A stretch of DNA of 63,859 nucleotides, counting the filler, from Dugesia japonica (lineage: Eukaryota): NCBI GenBank assembly GCA_001938525.1. It is 4 parts of 4 records of this genome, joined end to end, with 100 filler letters (N's around TTAATTAATTAA, not from the genome) between each part and the next. Parts side by side here need not be neighbours in the genome. Positions count along the whole stretch, not along the records: positions 55,402 to 63,859 come from MQRL01539759.1; 3 more parts are not named here. One strand, 5' to 3'. The position numbers were made by a program, and so were the translations under genes. Under the pieces are notes generated by a model that was given only the letters and a program-made list of their open reading frames with translations, was not told the origin of the DNA and did no database searches. Positions within the stretch are counted from its first letter, which is position 1. Every line of letters begins with the position of its first letter. Shown in pieces: positions 62,001 to 63,859 of the stretch.

Positions 62001-62832
62001 TTTATATTTATGTGCTAGAATTGAATAATGTAAACATTTATCATCTTTATTTTCTATATTAATAACTCCATATTTTTGAAATGGTAAAACACAATATGTA
62101 GCTGCGACTAATGATTGATATTTTTCTAATTCTATTTTAAAATCAATTATATGATCTAAGTTCCAATTAGATTCACTTCGATCTTTATCTTCCATAAAAT
62201 TTTGAATTTCTTCTAACATCGAATTTATTTTTTCTTTGTAATTATCTTTCGTATAAATTTCACTATTTTTACTATATGAATAAAACATTTTAATATTTCC
62301 TTCTTTACTATATTGACAATTTACTCCCATTCGTATTTTAAATCTATTTCCCATCTTTAAAAAGTCACATACAATTTTTTCTATTTGTAATTTAACAAAT
62401 AAAATTGATTTTAATTTAATTTTTTTAAATATTTCTTTTCATTTCTAATTTACTATCTAAAAACTTTTGGATTTCATAACTTGGATATGTTTCTTTATTG
62501 AATAAATCTTTAATTAAATACACTACTTTATTTCTTAATAAATATTTTCTTATTTTTTCTTTATGTTTATAACTCCGTACATGTATAAGAAATTTTTCTT
62601 TATTTTTAAACTGTATGCCACATATTTCACAATACAAATCAATATTACCACATTTACTTTTAGTTTTGTGTAAATTAAAAGCATATTCAGTTTTAAATTT
62701 TTTATTGCAGTTTATACATACGACATAATCTTGTGGATTTACATATACACATTTTTAAAATTTTATATGAGTATTTAAACCATTTTTATTTTTAAATGTT
62801 TTATCACAATTATTACATTTTAGTGTGGTCAT
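59087..62832 (-). pseudogene. P2 ZnF-pPolB, intein-less; one stop and two frameshifts
   Basis: Three N-terminal ZnFs, YGDFES, FHNAMGYD, DANSLY, NSFYGK, uninterrupted YSDTDS; breaks near 62756, 62425 and 60745. Confidence 0.92.
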
Positions 62833-62889
62833 TTTTCTTTTTCTTTCTTCTTTTTTATTATAAATAATTTAATCATAGCAACTAAAATT

Positions 62890-63490
62890 TTCACTCAATA
62901 AGTTACTTCATATATTTTTTCACTCAACATTTTACACTTTACATTTTTCACTCAAAGGTAAATAATATTTTTCATCTTACATTTTCTATATTTAAAAATT
63001 AAACCTCTTAAATATTTCATCTTAAATTTTTCATAAAATATTTTTTCATAAAATATTTTAGTTTGGCATTTTTCATAAAATATTTTAGTTTGGCATTTTT
63101 CATAAAATATTTTAGTTTGGCATTTTTCATAAAATATTTTACACTCAACATTTTTCATTTGGGCATTTTTTCATAAAATATTTTAAGTCGCATATTTTTC
63201 ATAAAATATTTTACACTCAACATTTTTCACTTTAGGGTATTTTTTCACTCAACTTTGAAGGGTGTAAATATTTCACTCAACATTTTTCATCCAACATTTT
63301 TAGTCGAACATTTTTCACTTTGCATTTTTCATTTGGACATTTTTCATAAAATATTTTTAGTCAAGCATTTTTCATAAAATATTTTACACACAACATTTTT
63401 CACTTTGCATTTTTCATTTTGACATTTTTCATAAAATATTTTTAGTCAAGCATTTTTCATAAAATATTTTACACACAACATTTTTCACTT
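62890..63490. repeat. P2 subterminal tandem repeats (27-bp CATTTTTCATAAAATATTTTAGTTTGG and related units)
   Basis: Direct reading. Confidence 0.85.
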
Positions 63491-63859
63491 AAGGGTGAGT
63501 GAATACTCGTAGTTATTCATTTACTGTTATATATTATAATTGGAATCACAAATCTGAAATGAACTGCTTTAGAACAGTAAATATCGAAATAGGTATTTAA
63601 GTTGACGTATACAAATAAACTTGCTGCTAATGTATAGTAAATAATGAGTAATAATAGTAAAATTGCGTAAAGGTGCTGCTAAAGTAATAGAAATCAAGTA
63701 TGGTAATGTATCGTAGTGTAGTAATTGGTGATAAGAAGTATTAATCGGTAGATAAAAGTTGTAAACAGTAGTCAATTAAATGAATGCGATAATAATATTT
63801 GAATGCGTGCAGAAGCCGTAGGGCCATATCATTTATTTTCCGAAACCAAAATATTCCAA

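Larger units (their letters stand above)
55469..63525 (-). mobile_element. Polinton/Maverick element P2, partial and decayed
   Basis: Homologs of P1 pPolB, pX-like protein, conserved protein, penton, protease and fibre; terminus AGTAAATGAATAACTAC (minus strand from 63525) resembles the P1 terminus. Confidence 0.93.

Noticed and set aside
62952-63158. ORF with KIFYEKCQT repeats
   Set aside because: Translation of the subterminal 27-bp DNA repeat

Overview
AT-rich eukaryotic (most likely invertebrate animal) draft-assembly DNA. At least four contigs are artificially joined by N-runs carrying a TTAATTAATTAA linker (17359, 28492, 55346). The window is dominated by Polinton/Maverick (adintovirus-like) endogenous viral elements. 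Element P1 (857-16912) is near complete, with ~130-bp TIRs and a probable TATATA TSD. It encodes a major capsid protein, a ZnF-phospholipase A2-integrase fusion, a packaging ATPase, a membrane protein, a fibre-like protein, an adenain protease, pX-like and conserved core proteins, a penton and a protein-primed DNA polymerase B. P2 (55469-63525) is a related, partial, decayed copy with a different gene arrangement. The most striking feature is a 305-aa intein with a degenerate LAGLIDADG region (12382-13296), inserted inside the catalytic YxDTD motif of the P1 polymerase; the P2 polymerase is empty at the same site. The middle of the window is transposon debris: a non-autonomous AGTAG...CTACT TIR element, further pPolB fragments, hAT/mariner/Tigger remnants and Penelope-type hammerhead ribozyme repeats. 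It also holds a decayed BIR+RING (IAP-like) locus, an RNF10-like RING fragment and a repeat-flanked PIWI-domain fragment. All product calls come from reading motifs by eye; no searches were run.
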